The notes beneath the pieces are model-generated. The model did no database searches, was not told the origin of the DNA, and saw only the letters and a list, made by a program, of their open reading frames with translations. A stretch of 64,000 nt of DNA, taken from contig OZ244065.1 in NCBI GenBank assembly GCA_965215505.1, positions 5,856,001 through 5,920,000 on the forward strand, written 5' to 3'. This DNA comes from Capsulimonadaceae bacterium (lineage in GTDB: Bacteria > Armatimonadota > Armatimonadia > Armatimonadales > Capsulimonadaceae). A program made the translations under genes and the position numbers. Positions 1 to 10,319 of the stretch are shown here, one piece after another (positions within the stretch are counted from its first letter, which is position 1; each line of letters opens with the position of its first letter).

Positions 1-670
1 CGCTGCTCAGAACGACCTGCTGCTGTGCCCCGAAGGTCCTCGCCTGCTGGGCGGCGAGATCCGCCTGCGCCTTGCGGATGGCGGCCTGCGTGGCCTGCTG
101 CTGGTAGAGGAGGTTCTGCTGGGCCTGCGGGAGCTGGCTGAGGGCGGCCTGATAAGTGGCCTGCGCCTGCTGGACGGCTGCGCGCGGGCCGCTGTCTTCG
201 AGCCGCCCGAGGGGCTGGCCCTTTTTGACCTTGTCGCCCTCGTCCACCAGGAGCTGAGTCAGGGTGCCGCTGATGATCGGGCTGACATTGACCAGGTTAC
301 CCTGGACGTAGGCGTCGTCCGTGCTGACGTGGTCCTGGTTGTAGTGGTAGAAGGAAAGGCCATAGATCAGGCCCGCAATCAGCAGGGCGGCTACGACCGC
401 CCCGATGATGAGCTTCCTGACGGGGCTGGCCGGCTTCTTCCCCGCCTCCTTGTCATCGGCCTTGCCGCCATCCCCCTTGCCGCCATCCCCCTTGCCGCCA
501 TCGTCCTTTTTTTCTTCCTTGGGGGCGGCATACTTCGCGCCGTCATGCCCTTCCGGAGTGACGGCGGGGAACTTGGCCTGGCCGTGACCGTTCCCGTTGC
601 CGTTGACAACATCCTTCGCCGGGGCCGGGTAGACCTGTGACTGTGTTTTCTGCTGCTGTTCGTCTGCCAT
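1..670 (-). CDS. HlyD/EmrA-family efflux membrane fusion protein (runs off the window start)
   Basis: Manual translation from ATG 670 (RBS AGGAAGG): MADEQQKT..., TM LIIGAVVAALLIAGLIYGL, then HVSTDDAYVQGNLVNVSPIISGTLTQLLVDEGDKVKKGQPL, typical of EmrA; downstream of TolC. Confidence 0.88.
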   Translation of the reverse strand, partial: MADEQQQKTQSQVYPAPAKDVVNGNGNGHGQAKFPAVTPEGHDGAKYAAPKEEKKDDGGKGDGGKGDGGKADDKEAGKKPASPVRKLIIGAVVAALLIAGLIYGLSFYHYNQDHVSTDDAYVQGNLVNVSPIISGTLTQLLVDEGDKVKKGQPLGRLEDSGPRAAVQQAQATYQAALSQLPQAQQNLLYQQQATQAAIRKAQADLAAQQARTFGAQQQVVLSS

Positions 671-692
671 TTGTTTGCCTTCCTGCCTTGTC

Positions 693-2606
693 CTACTGCA
701 CCTGCGGCGTCCCCACCGCGTTCTGGAACTGGGCACGCGCGACCAGATAATTGTAGACCGCGTCCACCTGATTGTTTTCCGCCTGCACGAGCGCGGCCTG
801 GGCGTCGGTGACTTCCAGGTAAAGCCCGACCTGGCCCTGATAGCGGAGCTGGGCGAGCTGCCGCGCCCCGACGGCCGACTGCAAGGCGGCGTTCGCCGCC
901 CCGATCTGCTGGGCCGCCGTCGCCAGGTTCAGGTACGCCTGCCGGACGTCCAGGGCCACGTCGGAGCGGGTGGAGGCAAGAGACGTCTCTGCGTTCTGCG
1001 TCCGCAGCCGCGCCTCCTGCACCCTGTCGCGCGTCAGGCCGCCGTCATACAGCGGGATGTCGAGCGTGGCCGTGAGCTGTCCGACCCGCTTGCGCGGGAA
1101 CTGGAACGAGGGCGTCGGGTAGTAGTTCCCCGCCGCGCTCAGGCTGAAGGTCGGCTCCAGGCCCGCCCGCGAGAGCTTCACGCCGGTCTCGGCCACGCGC
1201 ACATTGACCTGGGCCTGCAAAATCTCGGGCCTCTGCGCGTTCGCTGTTTGAAGCGCGCGGTTCACATTGATCGCCCCCACCTCGTTCGGGGCGGTCGGCA
1301 GCGGCGGCTGGGCCTTCGGGTCGGGGGCACCGACGCTGGAGAAGTCCGTCACCGGCTGCTGGATGACGACGCCCGGCGGGTCCACGAGCCGCACCGGGGC
1401 GGGCAGGGGACGCCCGACCAGGTCATTGAAGCTGGTCAGGGCGATGGCGAAATTGTTCTGGGCGCTGTCCAGGTTCTGCTGGGCCGTCGCCACCTGCGTC
1501 TGCGCGCGCAGGACATCTATCCGCTGCCCGACGCCCGCCGCGTTGAGGTTCGTCGCGTCCTGGAGCTGCCGCTCGGCGTTGTTCAGGGCGGCCTGGGCGA
1601 CGTCCACCTGGTGCTGGGCGCGCAGGGTGTTGAAGTAGATCGTCTGCGCCCGCAGGATGCGGGCGTTGCGGATCTGCCCCAGGATGAACTCGTCCGCCAG
1701 GCTTTGCAGCCGCGCCTGGTCGGTGGCGGCGCGGATCTGGCCGGTCAGATCAAAGCGGTTGCTGACGTTGAGCGTCAGGATCTCCTGGTGCGTCGGCGTC
1801 ACCTGGATGGGCGGGCCGCTGCCGAGGGCGATCTCGGTCGCCTGATCGTACCGGATGGCCGTCCCCGAGGCATCCACGTTGGGCCGCCCGGCGTCGGCGG
1901 CCTCGTCGGAGCGCTTGCGGTCTATCTGGACGTTGCGCGCCGCCGTCTGCACATCCGCGCTGCTCTGGATCGCCGCCCGGATGGTCGCCGGCAGGTCGAA
2001 CAACTGCGGCCCGCCGGACGCGCCGGGGACGGGCAGGCTGCCCTGCGCGCCGCCGGTCCCGGTGTCCCCGCTCCCATTCGTGCCGTTAGTCCCCGTCGTC
2101 CCGTTCTGCGAGGAGCCGACGCCGTTGCTCCCGTTAGTCCCGTTAGCGCCATTGTTCCCATTTGTGCCGGTATTGCCGGTGGTGCCCGCCGCGCCGTCCG
2201 TACCCCCTGCGCCGTTCGTACCTGTATTCCCTGCGCCTGCCGTCCCGGTGCCGTTCGCATTCCCGACTCCCGTGGCCGTTCCGGGGGCCGCGACGCCGCT
2301 GCCCGTCCCGTTCCCGGTGCCGCCGGCATTGCCGGTCGCACCCGCGCCGACGCCGGTTCCGCCGACCCCCGACCCGCCGACGCCCGTGCCGCCGGTCCCG
2401 TTGGCTCCCGTCCCCGCCGCGCCGCCCGTGCCTGTGTTCCCCCCGGCACCCCCCGTGCCGCCCGCCCCGGCCCCTGAGCCGCCAGCTTGGCCGAACAAGA
2501 TGAAGCCGGGCGCGAGCGGGCCGGCGGCGAGTGCCGGGACGGCGCTGAGACTGAGTGCGACGCCCAGGGACGCGGCGGCGCGTCGGGCGCGTGTTCGTTT
2601 GGTCAT
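693..2606 (-). CDS. TolC-family outer membrane efflux protein with a long Gly/Thr/Asn-rich N-terminal extension
   Basis: Signal peptide MTKRTRARRAAASLGVALSLSAVPALA; OEP repeats (QRPEILQAQ, LDIPLYDGG, LEVTDAQAAL); ATG overlaps the TetR stop (ATGA). Confidence 0.88.
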   Translation of the reverse strand: MTKRTRARRAAASLGVALSLSAVPALAAGPLAPGFILFGQAGGSGAGAGGTGGAGGNTGTGGAAGTGANGTGGTGVGGSGVGGTGVGAGATGNAGGTGNGTGSGVAAPGTATGVGNANGTGTAGAGNTGTNGAGGTDGAAGTTGNTGTNGNNGANGTNGSNGVGSSQNGTTGTNGTNGSGDTGTGGAQGSLPVPGASGGPQLFDLPATIRAAIQSSADVQTAARNVQIDRKRSDEAADAGRPNVDASGTAIRYDQATEIALGSGPPIQVTPTHQEILTLNVSNRFDLTGQIRAATDQARLQSLADEFILGQIRNARILRAQTIYFNTLRAQHQVDVAQAALNNAERQLQDATNLNAAGVGQRIDVLRAQTQVATAQQNLDSAQNNFAIALTSFNDLVGRPLPAPVRLVDPPGVVIQQPVTDFSSVGAPDPKAQPPLPTAPNEVGAINVNRALQTANAQRPEILQAQVNVRVAETGVKLSRAGLEPTFSLSAAGNYYPTPSFQFPRKRVGQLTATLDIPLYDGGLTRDRVQEARLRTQNAETSLASTRSDVALDVRQAYLNLATAAQQIGAANAALQSAVGARQLAQLRYQGQVGLYLEVTDAQAALVQAENNQVDAVYNYLVARAQFQNAVGTPQVQ

Positions 2607-3187
2607 GATTTGCGAAGTCCTCGGACCGTAAGGTCCACAATTTCGGAGATTTCCGAGGCGATCTCGCCCTCGGATGACACGCACGGGTGCGGCGGCAGGA
2701 ACCCCATGCACATGGTCTTCAGGGTGCGGGCCGCCCGCAGGGTGTCCGGGACATCGAAGACGCCGAGCCGGTTGCCTTCCTCCAAAACTCCCGCCAGCAG
2801 TTCCCATTCCTGCTCCAAGTAGGGCCGCATCCGCCCCTGCCAGTGGGGCTTGATTGCCACCACCAGTTCCAGCGTCGCCGGAGACTCGTGGCATCGCTGG
2901 AAGGCATTGAGCATCGGCCGCTGGAGCATCTCCGTCAGCTTCTGCACCGGCGTCTTGCCGGGGTCGCAGGCGACCGCCCGGCTCTTCTCCAGGCTGTCTT
3001 CCTTGTACTGCGCCATGATCGCCAGCCCGATGTCTTCTTTACCCTCAAAGTAGAGGTACACCGTGCCCTTGCCCACGCCCGCATCAGAGGCGATCTCGTC
3101 AATCGTCGTCTTCTTGAAGCCGTAGTGCCAGAGCCGCTGCTCCGCCGCGTCCAGGATTTTCTGCCGCACGTCGCCGTTGCGTGTCAT
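2603..3187 (-). CDS. TetR/AcrR family transcriptional regulator
   Basis: HTH motif GFKKTTIDEIASDAGVGKGTVYLYFEGKEDI. Confidence 0.93.
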   Translation of the reverse strand: MTRNGDVRQKILDAAEQRLWHYGFKKTTIDEIASDAGVGKGTVYLYFEGKEDIGLAIMAQYKEDSLEKSRAVACDPGKTPVQKLTEMLQRPMLNAFQRCHESPATLELVVAIKPHWQGRMRPYLEQEWELLAGVLEEGNRLGVFDVPDTLRAARTLKTMCMGFLPPHPCVSSEGEIASEISEIVDLTVRGLRKS

Positions 3188-3214
3188 GGGAACTCTATCT
3201 CACTTGCTGAACAA

Positions 3215-3267
3215 CTGACTGATTTGTTATTCTAGTCAGAGTATACCACGCCAACACCGATTTTCAA
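3215..3267 (-). promoter_or_regulatory. Promoter (TTGAAA-N16-TATACT) with adjacent TetR-type operator CTGACT-N13-AGTCAG
   Basis: Inverted repeat at 3215-3239 lies just downstream of the minus-strand -10 box at 3240-3245. Confidence 0.55.
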
Positions 3268-3331
3268 TCCGGCGTTCCCTTGTTGCAAAAATGTGCCGGA
3301 CCGGTTAAACTTATCCCAAGAGGACCCGACC

Positions 3332-4228
3332 ATGCCGACCATGCCGTTCTACATCGCCGACTCGTTCACACCCACCCGCTACGCCGGGAACCCCGCCGGG
3401 GTCGTCTTCCCCGACGCGCCGCTCACCGAGGCGCAGATGCTGGCCGTCGCGGGCGAGTTGCACCTGGAGTCCGCTTTCGCCACGCCCCACGACGGGCCGG
3501 AGGCCGACTACCTCGTCGCCTACTACACCGGTGCACAGCGCATCCCCCTGTGCGGCCACGACACCATCGCCCTCGCCACCGTGCTGGCGCAGACGGGCCG
3601 GCTGGATACCCCCGGCACGGTCCGGCTGCTGACCGACGTCGGCGTCCTGGCCGTGGAGGTGGCGGAGGGCGGCACGGTCACGATGAGTCAGGCCCTGCCC
3701 CACTACGGGCAGATCGTGGACGCCGCCGACGCCGCCGGGGCACTGGGCCTCCCCGCCCACGAGATCACCGACAGCGGCCTGCCGGTCCAGATCGTCTCCA
3801 CCGGCACCCCGTTCCTCATCGTCCCGGTCGCCCGCCGCGCCGCCCTGTCCGCCCTCCTGCCCGACATGACCGCGCTCGTCACCTACGGCGACACCCTGGC
3901 CGCCCCCATCGCCGGCTTCTACGTCTGGACGACCGACACCGAGAGCGCCGACGCCCAGATTCACGCCCGCTGCTTCTGCCCCGCCGTCGGCCTGCCCGAA
4001 GACCCCGTGACCGGTACGGCCAGCGCCGCAGTGGGGGCCTACCTCGCCCTCCACGGCCCCCTCCGGCCCGATGCGGGCGGCGTCCTGCGCTTCCGCACCG
4101 AGCAGGGCCACGCCATGGGCCGCCCCGGCAGCGCCGCCGTCCGCCTGGAGACGGACGGCGGGAAGGTGACGCGCGTCCAGATCAGCGGCGGCGCGGTCCT
4201 GGTGGGGGAGGGGAAACTGTGGCTGTAG
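3332..4228 (+). CDS. PhzF family phenazine-biosynthesis-like isomerase
   Basis: Motifs DSF..GNPAGVV, ESAF, LCGHDT, EDPVTGTA, EQGHAMGRP. Confidence 0.9.
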   Translation: MPTMPFYIADSFTPTRYAGNPAGVVFPDAPLTEAQMLAVAGELHLESAFATPHDGPEADYLVAYYTGAQRIPLCGHDTIALATVLAQTGRLDTPGTVRLLTDVGVLAVEVAEGGTVTMSQALPHYGQIVDAADAAGALGLPAHEITDSGLPVQIVSTGTPFLIVPVARRAALSALLPDMTALVTYGDTLAAPIAGFYVWTTDTESADAQIHARCFCPAVGLPEDPVTGTASAAVGAYLALHGPLRPDAGGVLRFRTEQGHAMGRPGSAAVRLETDGGKVTRVQISGGAVLVGEGKLWL

Positions 4229-4257
4229 GGGAACGGACTACAAGAGAACAGAACGCA

Positions 4258-5787
4258 ATGAAGACACGCCGGGCACTCTTTTACGCCCTCCTCCTGCTCG
4301 CCGCGCTCCTGACCGGGCGACCCGCCGCCATCGCTCAGGGCGCACTCAGCAGCGTTCCCAGCGTCAGCGTGTCCGGGAGCGGCTTCACGGTGCAGACATT
4401 GCGCGAGGGCGGCACGGCCTACGGCAACCGCGTCTATGTGTGGCGCGGCGTCCCCGCCGCCCTGCAAGGCTGGCAGTACACGCAGACCGACGGCGGACAG
4501 GCGGCGGTGCTGACCGTGACGCCCGGCTCGGCCGGGTTCGTGTATGCCGCCTCGTCCGCCGCGCTGCCGGGCTGGGAGGAGGTTCCCGCGCTCGCCTTCC
4601 ACTACTCCGACAAGAACGTGACCGCGATGGTCGTCTACCGGCACCCATCCCCCGCCGGCGGTTCCCTCCCCGTCCCGCAGGTCGGCTGGACGGGGACGAT
4701 CGTCCTCGCGCCCGCCGTGGAGCTAAAGACCGCGCCCGTCCCCGGCGTCGTCGTGGACTACTCCCCCGCCTCCACCGGCAGCTACATCGGCTCGCCCAGC
4801 CTCGTCCTCCTGCCCAGTGGCGATTATGTCGCCTCCCATGACCTGTTCGGGCCTGGCTCGACGTCGGACCAGACGCGGCTGTTCGTGTCGCACGACAAAG
4901 GGCAGACCTGGGCACCCCTCGCCGACCTCCGGGGGCAGTACTGGTCCACCCTGTTCGTCAGTGGCGGGCATCTTTACCTCATGGGCACCAGCCGCGAGTT
5001 CGGCGACGCCGTGATCCGCCGCTCGGATGACGGGGGGCGGACCTGGACGACGCCCGCCGACGCCTCGACCGGCCTGCTCGCCTCCGGGGGCCGTTTCCAC
5101 TGCGCGCCCGTCCCGGTCGTCGTCCAGAACGGGCGCGTGTGGCGGGCGATGGAACACCTCGCGCCGGGCGGGGGCCGCCACTTCCTCGCCTTCGTCCTGT
5201 CCGCGCCCCTCGGCGCGGACCTGCTGCAAGCCGCAAGCTGGACGGCCAGCTGGCCGCTGGACTTCCATCCGGACTGGCCCGGCGACAACTGGCTGGAAGG
5301 CAACGCCGTGGTGACGCCGCAGGGCGCGGTGGTAGACATCCTGCGCGTCGGACTGCCTCACGCGGACCGCGCGGCCATCGTCCGCGTCTCCCCGGACGGC
5401 ACGGCGGCGGCCTTCGATCCCGCCGCCGACCTGATAGACTTCCCCGGCGGGAACACCAAGTTCACGGTCCGCTATGACCCCGTTTCGCGCCGCTACTGGT
5501 CCCTGGTCAACCCGCAGAAGGACCCGCCCGCCGAGCGCAATATCCTCGCCCTGACCTCCTCCGCCGACCTGCGCCACTGGGCCGTCGCCTCCGTCCTCCT
5601 CCGCGACCCCGACCGCCGCTCGGTCGCGTTCCAGTATGTGGACTGGCAGTTCGACGGCAGCGACATCGTCGCCGTCTCGCGCACGGCCTTTGGCGGCGCG
5701 CACTCCTACCACGACGCGAACTATTTGACCTTCCACCGCATCGCCGGCTTCCGCTCCCTCGCGGCGGTGAGCGGCGCAAAGCCTTGA
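4258..5787 (+). CDS. Secreted sialidase-like (Asp-box/BNR) beta-propeller protein
   Basis: Signal peptide MKTRRALFYALLLLAALL; Asp-boxes SHDKGQTW and SDDGGRTW; C-terminal FQYVDW...HDANYLTFHR. Confidence 0.75.
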   Translation: MKTRRALFYALLLLAALLTGRPAAIAQGALSSVPSVSVSGSGFTVQTLREGGTAYGNRVYVWRGVPAALQGWQYTQTDGGQAAVLTVTPGSAGFVYAASSAALPGWEEVPALAFHYSDKNVTAMVVYRHPSPAGGSLPVPQVGWTGTIVLAPAVELKTAPVPGVVVDYSPASTGSYIGSPSLVLLPSGDYVASHDLFGPGSTSDQTRLFVSHDKGQTWAPLADLRGQYWSTLFVSGGHLYLMGTSREFGDAVIRRSDDGGRTWTTPADASTGLLASGGRFHCAPVPVVVQNGRVWRAMEHLAPGGGRHFLAFVLSAPLGADLLQAASWTASWPLDFHPDWPGDNWLEGNAVVTPQGAVVDILRVGLPHADRAAIVRVSPDGTAAAFDPAADLIDFPGGNTKFTVRYDPVSRRYWSLVNPQKDPPAERNILALTSSADLRHWAVASVLLRDPDRRSVAFQYVDWQFDGSDIVAVSRTAFGGAHSYHDANYLTFHRIAGFRSLAAVSGAKP

Positions 5788-5852
5788 ATGCGGTATGATG
5801 GTGGCAGGGGAACTTACTATCACGCCACAGCATCCTCTGGGAGAACAGCACG

Positions 5853-6971
5853 ATGGCAAGGGCAAAAATCAACCGCGACCTCGGCAGACGGCATTTTGAT
5901 GAAGGCAATCATCTGTCCGGGTCTGGTCAGGGGGACGCCGCGATCCGGGAGTATGTCGCGGCGACCCGAGCGAATCCCAACAACTCCGAATACTTCCTGA
6001 ACCTCGGCGTCGCCTACACCGAGGCGGGCGACCTGGAAGCCGCCCGGCTCTCCTATGAGGCGGCACGGAATCTCGCCCCGGAAGACCCGAGCGTCCTCTA
6101 CAACATCGGCCTGAACCTGGCGCAGAGGGAACAATTCGAAGAGGCGGCCCGCGTGTTCCGGCAGTTGATCGTGCTTACCCCGGACGATAGCGACGCTCAC
6201 GCGGCGCTGGGCAACGCGCTCCTGTCCAGCGGCAAGGCGGAGGAATCGGCTCAGGTCTACCGGGACGCCCTCCAGGCTGACCCGGAGAATGCACAACTGC
6301 ATTACGGCCTGGGTCGCGCTCTGAAAGAGGCCGGCGAGCCGCGCTCGGCCATCGCCTCATACAAGAAGGCTCTTCAGATCGCACCCGAGCGGGGCGACAT
6401 TTATTTCAGCCTCGCCCTCGCTTTGAGGCAGGAGGGTTTGCTGCGGGAGGCCATCGGCTTCTACGGCAAGGCCATCGAGTTCCAGAAAAATCCCGCCAGC
6501 GCCTATCACAACCTGGCATTGGCATTCGCCGCCAACGATCAGCCCGAGGACGCGCTCGCGACGTTCCGCCACGCGCTCCGCCTCCGCCCGGATGACCCGG
6601 ACACATACGCGGGCCTGGGCGACGTTCTCCGGAACCTCGGCCGCTTTGAGGAGGCCGCCCACGCCTACGAGGAGGCGATCACGCTCCGCCCCGGCGAGTC
6701 CCTGTTTCATGCGATTCTGGGAGACCTGTACGACAACATGGGGCTGACGACCGCCGCCGTCGCCGCGTACCAGCAGGCCCTCCGCCTTGCCCCCTCCGAC
6801 GCCCAGACCTACTACGATCTGGGAGTGGCGCTCGAAGGCGCGGGGCGCACTGCGGAGGCAAAGGGGGCATGGACGCAGGCGATCACCCACAGCCGCGCTG
6901 CCGACTTGACCCAAGCCGCAACGGAGGCGCTGGCAGGCCTGCTCCACGCTTCTTCTGGGCCGGATGGGTAG
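5853..6971 (+). CDS. Tetratricopeptide repeat protein
   Basis: Many TPR-like repeats (YFLNLGVAY, LHYGLGRAL, AYHNLALAF, TYYDLGVAL). Confidence 0.88.
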   Translation: MARAKINRDLGRRHFDEGNHLSGSGQGDAAIREYVAATRANPNNSEYFLNLGVAYTEAGDLEAARLSYEAARNLAPEDPSVLYNIGLNLAQREQFEEAARVFRQLIVLTPDDSDAHAALGNALLSSGKAEESAQVYRDALQADPENAQLHYGLGRALKEAGEPRSAIASYKKALQIAPERGDIYFSLALALRQEGLLREAIGFYGKAIEFQKNPASAYHNLALAFAANDQPEDALATFRHALRLRPDDPDTYAGLGDVLRNLGRFEEAAHAYEEAITLRPGESLFHAILGDLYDNMGLTTAAVAAYQQALRLAPSDAQTYYDLGVALEGAGRTAEAKGAWTQAITHSRAADLTQAATEALAGLLHASSGPDG

Positions 6972-6995
6972 GGGCGCGGCAAGCAGCGCCCCTAC
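6968..6995. repeat. GTAG-type REP palindrome
   Basis: gtaggggcgc-ggcaagca-gcgcccctac, overlapping the TPR stop codon. Confidence 0.75.
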
Positions 6996-7091
6996 GAATG
7001 ACCGCGCCCCGAAGCAGGGAAACGGCCCGCCTCTGGTGAACACTCCCCCTGTAATCAATTGGCACACAACGGAGTGCTACCAGGGGGCCGA

Positions 7092-9721
7092 ATGGATCAA
7101 AGGCATAAACAAGGGCGCAGGCGGTGGGCGGCGGTCTTCGGGGCGGGCCTGGCACTGGCCGGCCTGGCGCGGGCGGGGGCACAGGCACCGATGCCCTTCC
7201 AAGACCCCTCCCTGCCGACATCGCAGCGGGTGGACGACCTGGTGGCGCGGATGACGCTGCCCGAGAAGGCCGCGCAGATGGGCACCGACGCCCCCGCCAT
7301 CGCGCGCCTGGGCATCCCCGCCTATTACTGGTGGAGCGAGTGCCTGCACGGGGATGCGGTCGGCCCAGCCACCGTCTTCCCCGAACCCATCGCGCTGGCC
7401 GCCACGTTTGATCTGGGCCTGCACGCGCAGGTCGCCGACGCCATCTCCGACGAGGACCGGGCCTGGTACAACCGGACCGGCGGCGCGGGCCGTCCGCAGG
7501 GCTTCCACGGGCTGACCTTTTTCGCCCCCAACATCAACATCTTCCGCGACCCGCGCTGGGGCAGGGGGCAGGAGACATACGGCGAAGACCCGTACCTGAC
7601 CGCCCGGTTCGGCGTCGTCTACGTCAAGGGGTTGCAGGGCAGCGACCCCAAGTACTTCAAGGTCATCGCCACCGCCAAGCACTACGCCGTGCATAGCGGC
7701 CCCGAGCCGGAGCGGCACCGCTTTGACGCCGTCGTGTCCCCCTACGACCTCTACGACACCTATTTGCCCGCCTTCCAGGCCACCGTCGTGTCGGCCCACG
7801 CGCAGTCGGTCATGGGGGCCTACAGCAGCCTCTACGGCGTCCCCGCCAACGCCAGCGATCTGCTGCTGAAACAAAACCTGCGCGACAAGTGGGGCTTTGA
7901 CGGCTACGTCGTCTCCGACTGCGGGGCCATCGGCGACATCTTTTACAACCACCACTACGCGAAAAGCATGGAGGAGGCCGCTTCCGACGCCGTCAAGGCC
8001 GGCTGCGACCTGGACTGCGGCGGCGAGTACAGCGCCCTGCCCAACGCCGTCAAGCAAGGGCTGATTACCGACGCCACCATAGACAAGTCGGTCAAGCGCC
8101 TGTTCACCGCCCGGATGCGGCTCGGCCTGTTCGACCCGCCCGCGCTCGTCAAGTACGCGCAGATCCCCGACAGCGTGATAGACAGCCCGGCCCACCGGCA
8201 GCTCGCACTCCGGGCCGCCCGCGAGTCCATCGTGCTGCTCAAGAACCAGAACGGACGACTGCCGCTGTCCCCCGCCATCAAGTCGCTGGCCGTCATCGGG
8301 CCGAACGCCGACGATGCGGGCGTCCTATTGGGCAACTACAACGGCACCCCCTCCCACGCCGTCACCGCCCTGGCCGGCATCCGGCAGCGCGCCGGAGCCA
8401 ATGTCCGCATTGAGTATGTCAAGGCCACCAGCCTGACCGGCGTGAGCGAGCTGACCCCCGTTCCCGCCTCCGCCCTGCGCTCCGGGGGACAGCCAGGCCT
8501 GAGCGCCGAGTATTTCTCCACCGAGGACTTGACCGGTGCCCCCTTCGCCACGCGCCGGGACGCGCAGGTAGACCTGAACTGGGCGCGCGGCAACCCCGTC
8601 CCCGGCCTGCCCGTCTTCCACGTCTCCGCCCGCTGGACCGGCGAGCTTGTCGCGCCGACGGACGGCGAATACACCCTCGGCGTCCGTGGCGATGACGGCT
8701 TCCGGTTATACGTCAGCGGCCAGAAGGTGATTGACGACTGGGCAGTCCACCCGCCGGAGACGCGGAACTACACCGTGACCCTGACGGCGGGCCAGGCCGT
8801 CCCATCCGGCTGGAATACTACCAGGCCGAGGGCGGGGCCGAGATTTCGCTGCAATGGAAGCAGCCCGGCTCGAACAAGTTCGATGACGCCCTGGCGGCGG
8901 CCCGCCGTGCCGACGCCGTGATCTTCGTCGGCGGCATCTCCTCGCAGATTGAAGGCGAGGAGGGTACGGGCGGCAACGGCGACCGGACTAGCCTGGACCT
9001 CCCCGCCGTCCAGGACCAGCTTCTGAAGGCGCTTCATGCCACCGGCAAGCCGGTCATCCTGGTCCTGATGAACGGCAGCGCCCTCTCGGTGAACTGGGCG
9101 CAGGCCAACCTCCCCGCCATCGTGGAAGCGTGGTATCCCGGCGAGGAGGGCGGCACCGCCCTGGCGGATGTCCTGTTCGGCGATGTGAACCCCTCGGGCC
9201 GCCTCCCCGTCACTTTCTATACCGGCGTGGACCAGCTCCCGCCCTTCCGCGACTACGCCATGAAGACCCGCACCTACCGCTACTTCGGGGGCAAGCCACT
9301 CTACCCGTTCGGGTACGGCCTGAGCTACACCCGCTTCTCCTATAGCGGCCTGCACCTGTCCAAATCGGCCACCGGCCAGCCCGTCCACGGGACGGTGACG
9401 GTGCAGAACACCGGCGACCGGCCGGGCGATGAGGTCGTGGAGGTCTACCTGCGCCCCGACCCGAACGGCAAGGCGCGGCAGATCGCGCCCGGCCAGCCCA
9501 TGCCGCGCCTCATCCTGGCCGGCTTCAGCCGCGTCTCGCTCGCCCCGCACGGGCGCGCGGTCGTCCCTTTCACCCTCGCGCCCGAACAGCTCATGCTCCT
9601 GGACGCCAAAGGGAACCGGACCCTACACCCCCACGCCTGGCAGGTCTACGCGGGCGGCGCGCAGCCGGACCTGGGTACGTTGCAGAACAGCGTCGCGTCG
9701 GGTATGTTGACTGTCAGGTAA
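7092..9721 (+). pseudogene. GH3 beta-glucosidase/xylosidase with PA14 insertion and FnIII domain, split by a 1-bp deletion at ~8801-8803
   Basis: GH3 motifs RDPRWGRGQETYGEDP, KHY, YVVSDCGA; adding one C to ccc at 8801-8803 gives AVPIRLEYYQAEGGAEISLQW...DAVIFVGG and joins ORFs 7059-8921 and 8918-9721. May be a sequencing error. Confidence 0.85.
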
Positions 9722-9745
9722 GTTTTTCGTCTACCTGCCTTCGAC

Positions 9746-9775
9746 TTGACACGAACGTAAGTTTCGAGCGATACT
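9746..9775 (+). promoter_or_regulatory. Promoter TTGACA-N18-GATACT with a LexA-box-like CGAAC-N4-GTTTCG in the spacer
   Basis: Sequence ttgacacgaacgtaagtttcgagcgatact. Confidence 0.5.
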
Positions 9776-9810
9776 TCTGCTGGCTGACCGTTCAGCCGGG
9801 AGGTTCAACT

Positions 9811-10227
9811 GTGGTATCAAACTTCTTTGCTGTAAAGGACTCAGCAGCATTTAGCCGCTTCTGTGGGCGCTGGGATTTGGACGTAACAACCGACAAGGCG
9901 GGGCTGAGTGGCTTCAATGAGAAGAGCGATGTCTGGAGCAATGATGACTGGTGCTTACACAGTGGAGTCGAAGACGATGAATCAAAAAAAATGGATTGTG
10001 CAATCCATGATGCGTCTTTCGTAGATGAGTTAGCCGATCAACTCGCGGATCATTATGTTGCGGTCGTTCAAGATCAGCCATGTAAGCACCATTTGTACCC
10101 ACGCGGCCCTGGTGCGGCAGTATTCGCTGTCAACAGTCGGCACGAGACGGCGGAACTGAACCTGAATGCCATCTTCAAACTAGCCGCCTATTTGGGGCAC
10201 TATGTTGTCGAAGACATGGCATTCTGA
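9811..10227 (+). CDS. Hypothetical protein (lower GC)
   Basis: GTG start with GGAGG RBS and a promoter; 138 aa; no recognised motif. Confidence 0.7.
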   Translation: MVSNFFAVKDSAAFSRFCGRWDLDVTTDKAGLSGFNEKSDVWSNDDWCLHSGVEDDESKKMDCAIHDASFVDELADQLADHYVAVVQDQPCKHHLYPRGPGAAVFAVNSRHETAELNLNAIFKLAAYLGHYVVEDMAF

Positions 10228-10319
10228 TCCCCGGTAGGTGCGACTAGCAAAAAGTCGAGAGGAAAACAGGCCCAAGTCGAAGAATAGCAACAACATCGTT
10301 TTGTTGCTAGGAGTTCGGC

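Noticed and set aside
675-2631. Long plus-strand ORFs (600 aa, 258 aa) opposite tolC, and similar antisense ORFs opposite prkA, GH36, lysS and others
   Set aside because: Shadow ORFs expected at high GC; the opposite strand carries a recognisable protein
3283-3299. sigma54-like CGGCAC...TTGC on the minus strand
   Set aside because: GG-to-GC spacing is 9, not the required 10
3332-4228. phzF as evidence of a phenazine cluster
   Set aside because: Stand-alone PhzF homologues are common and no other phz genes are present
3280-5787. 835-aa ORF suggesting a large fusion
   Set aside because: Its 5' part is an alternative frame over phzF; the real start is ATG 4258 with a signal peptide
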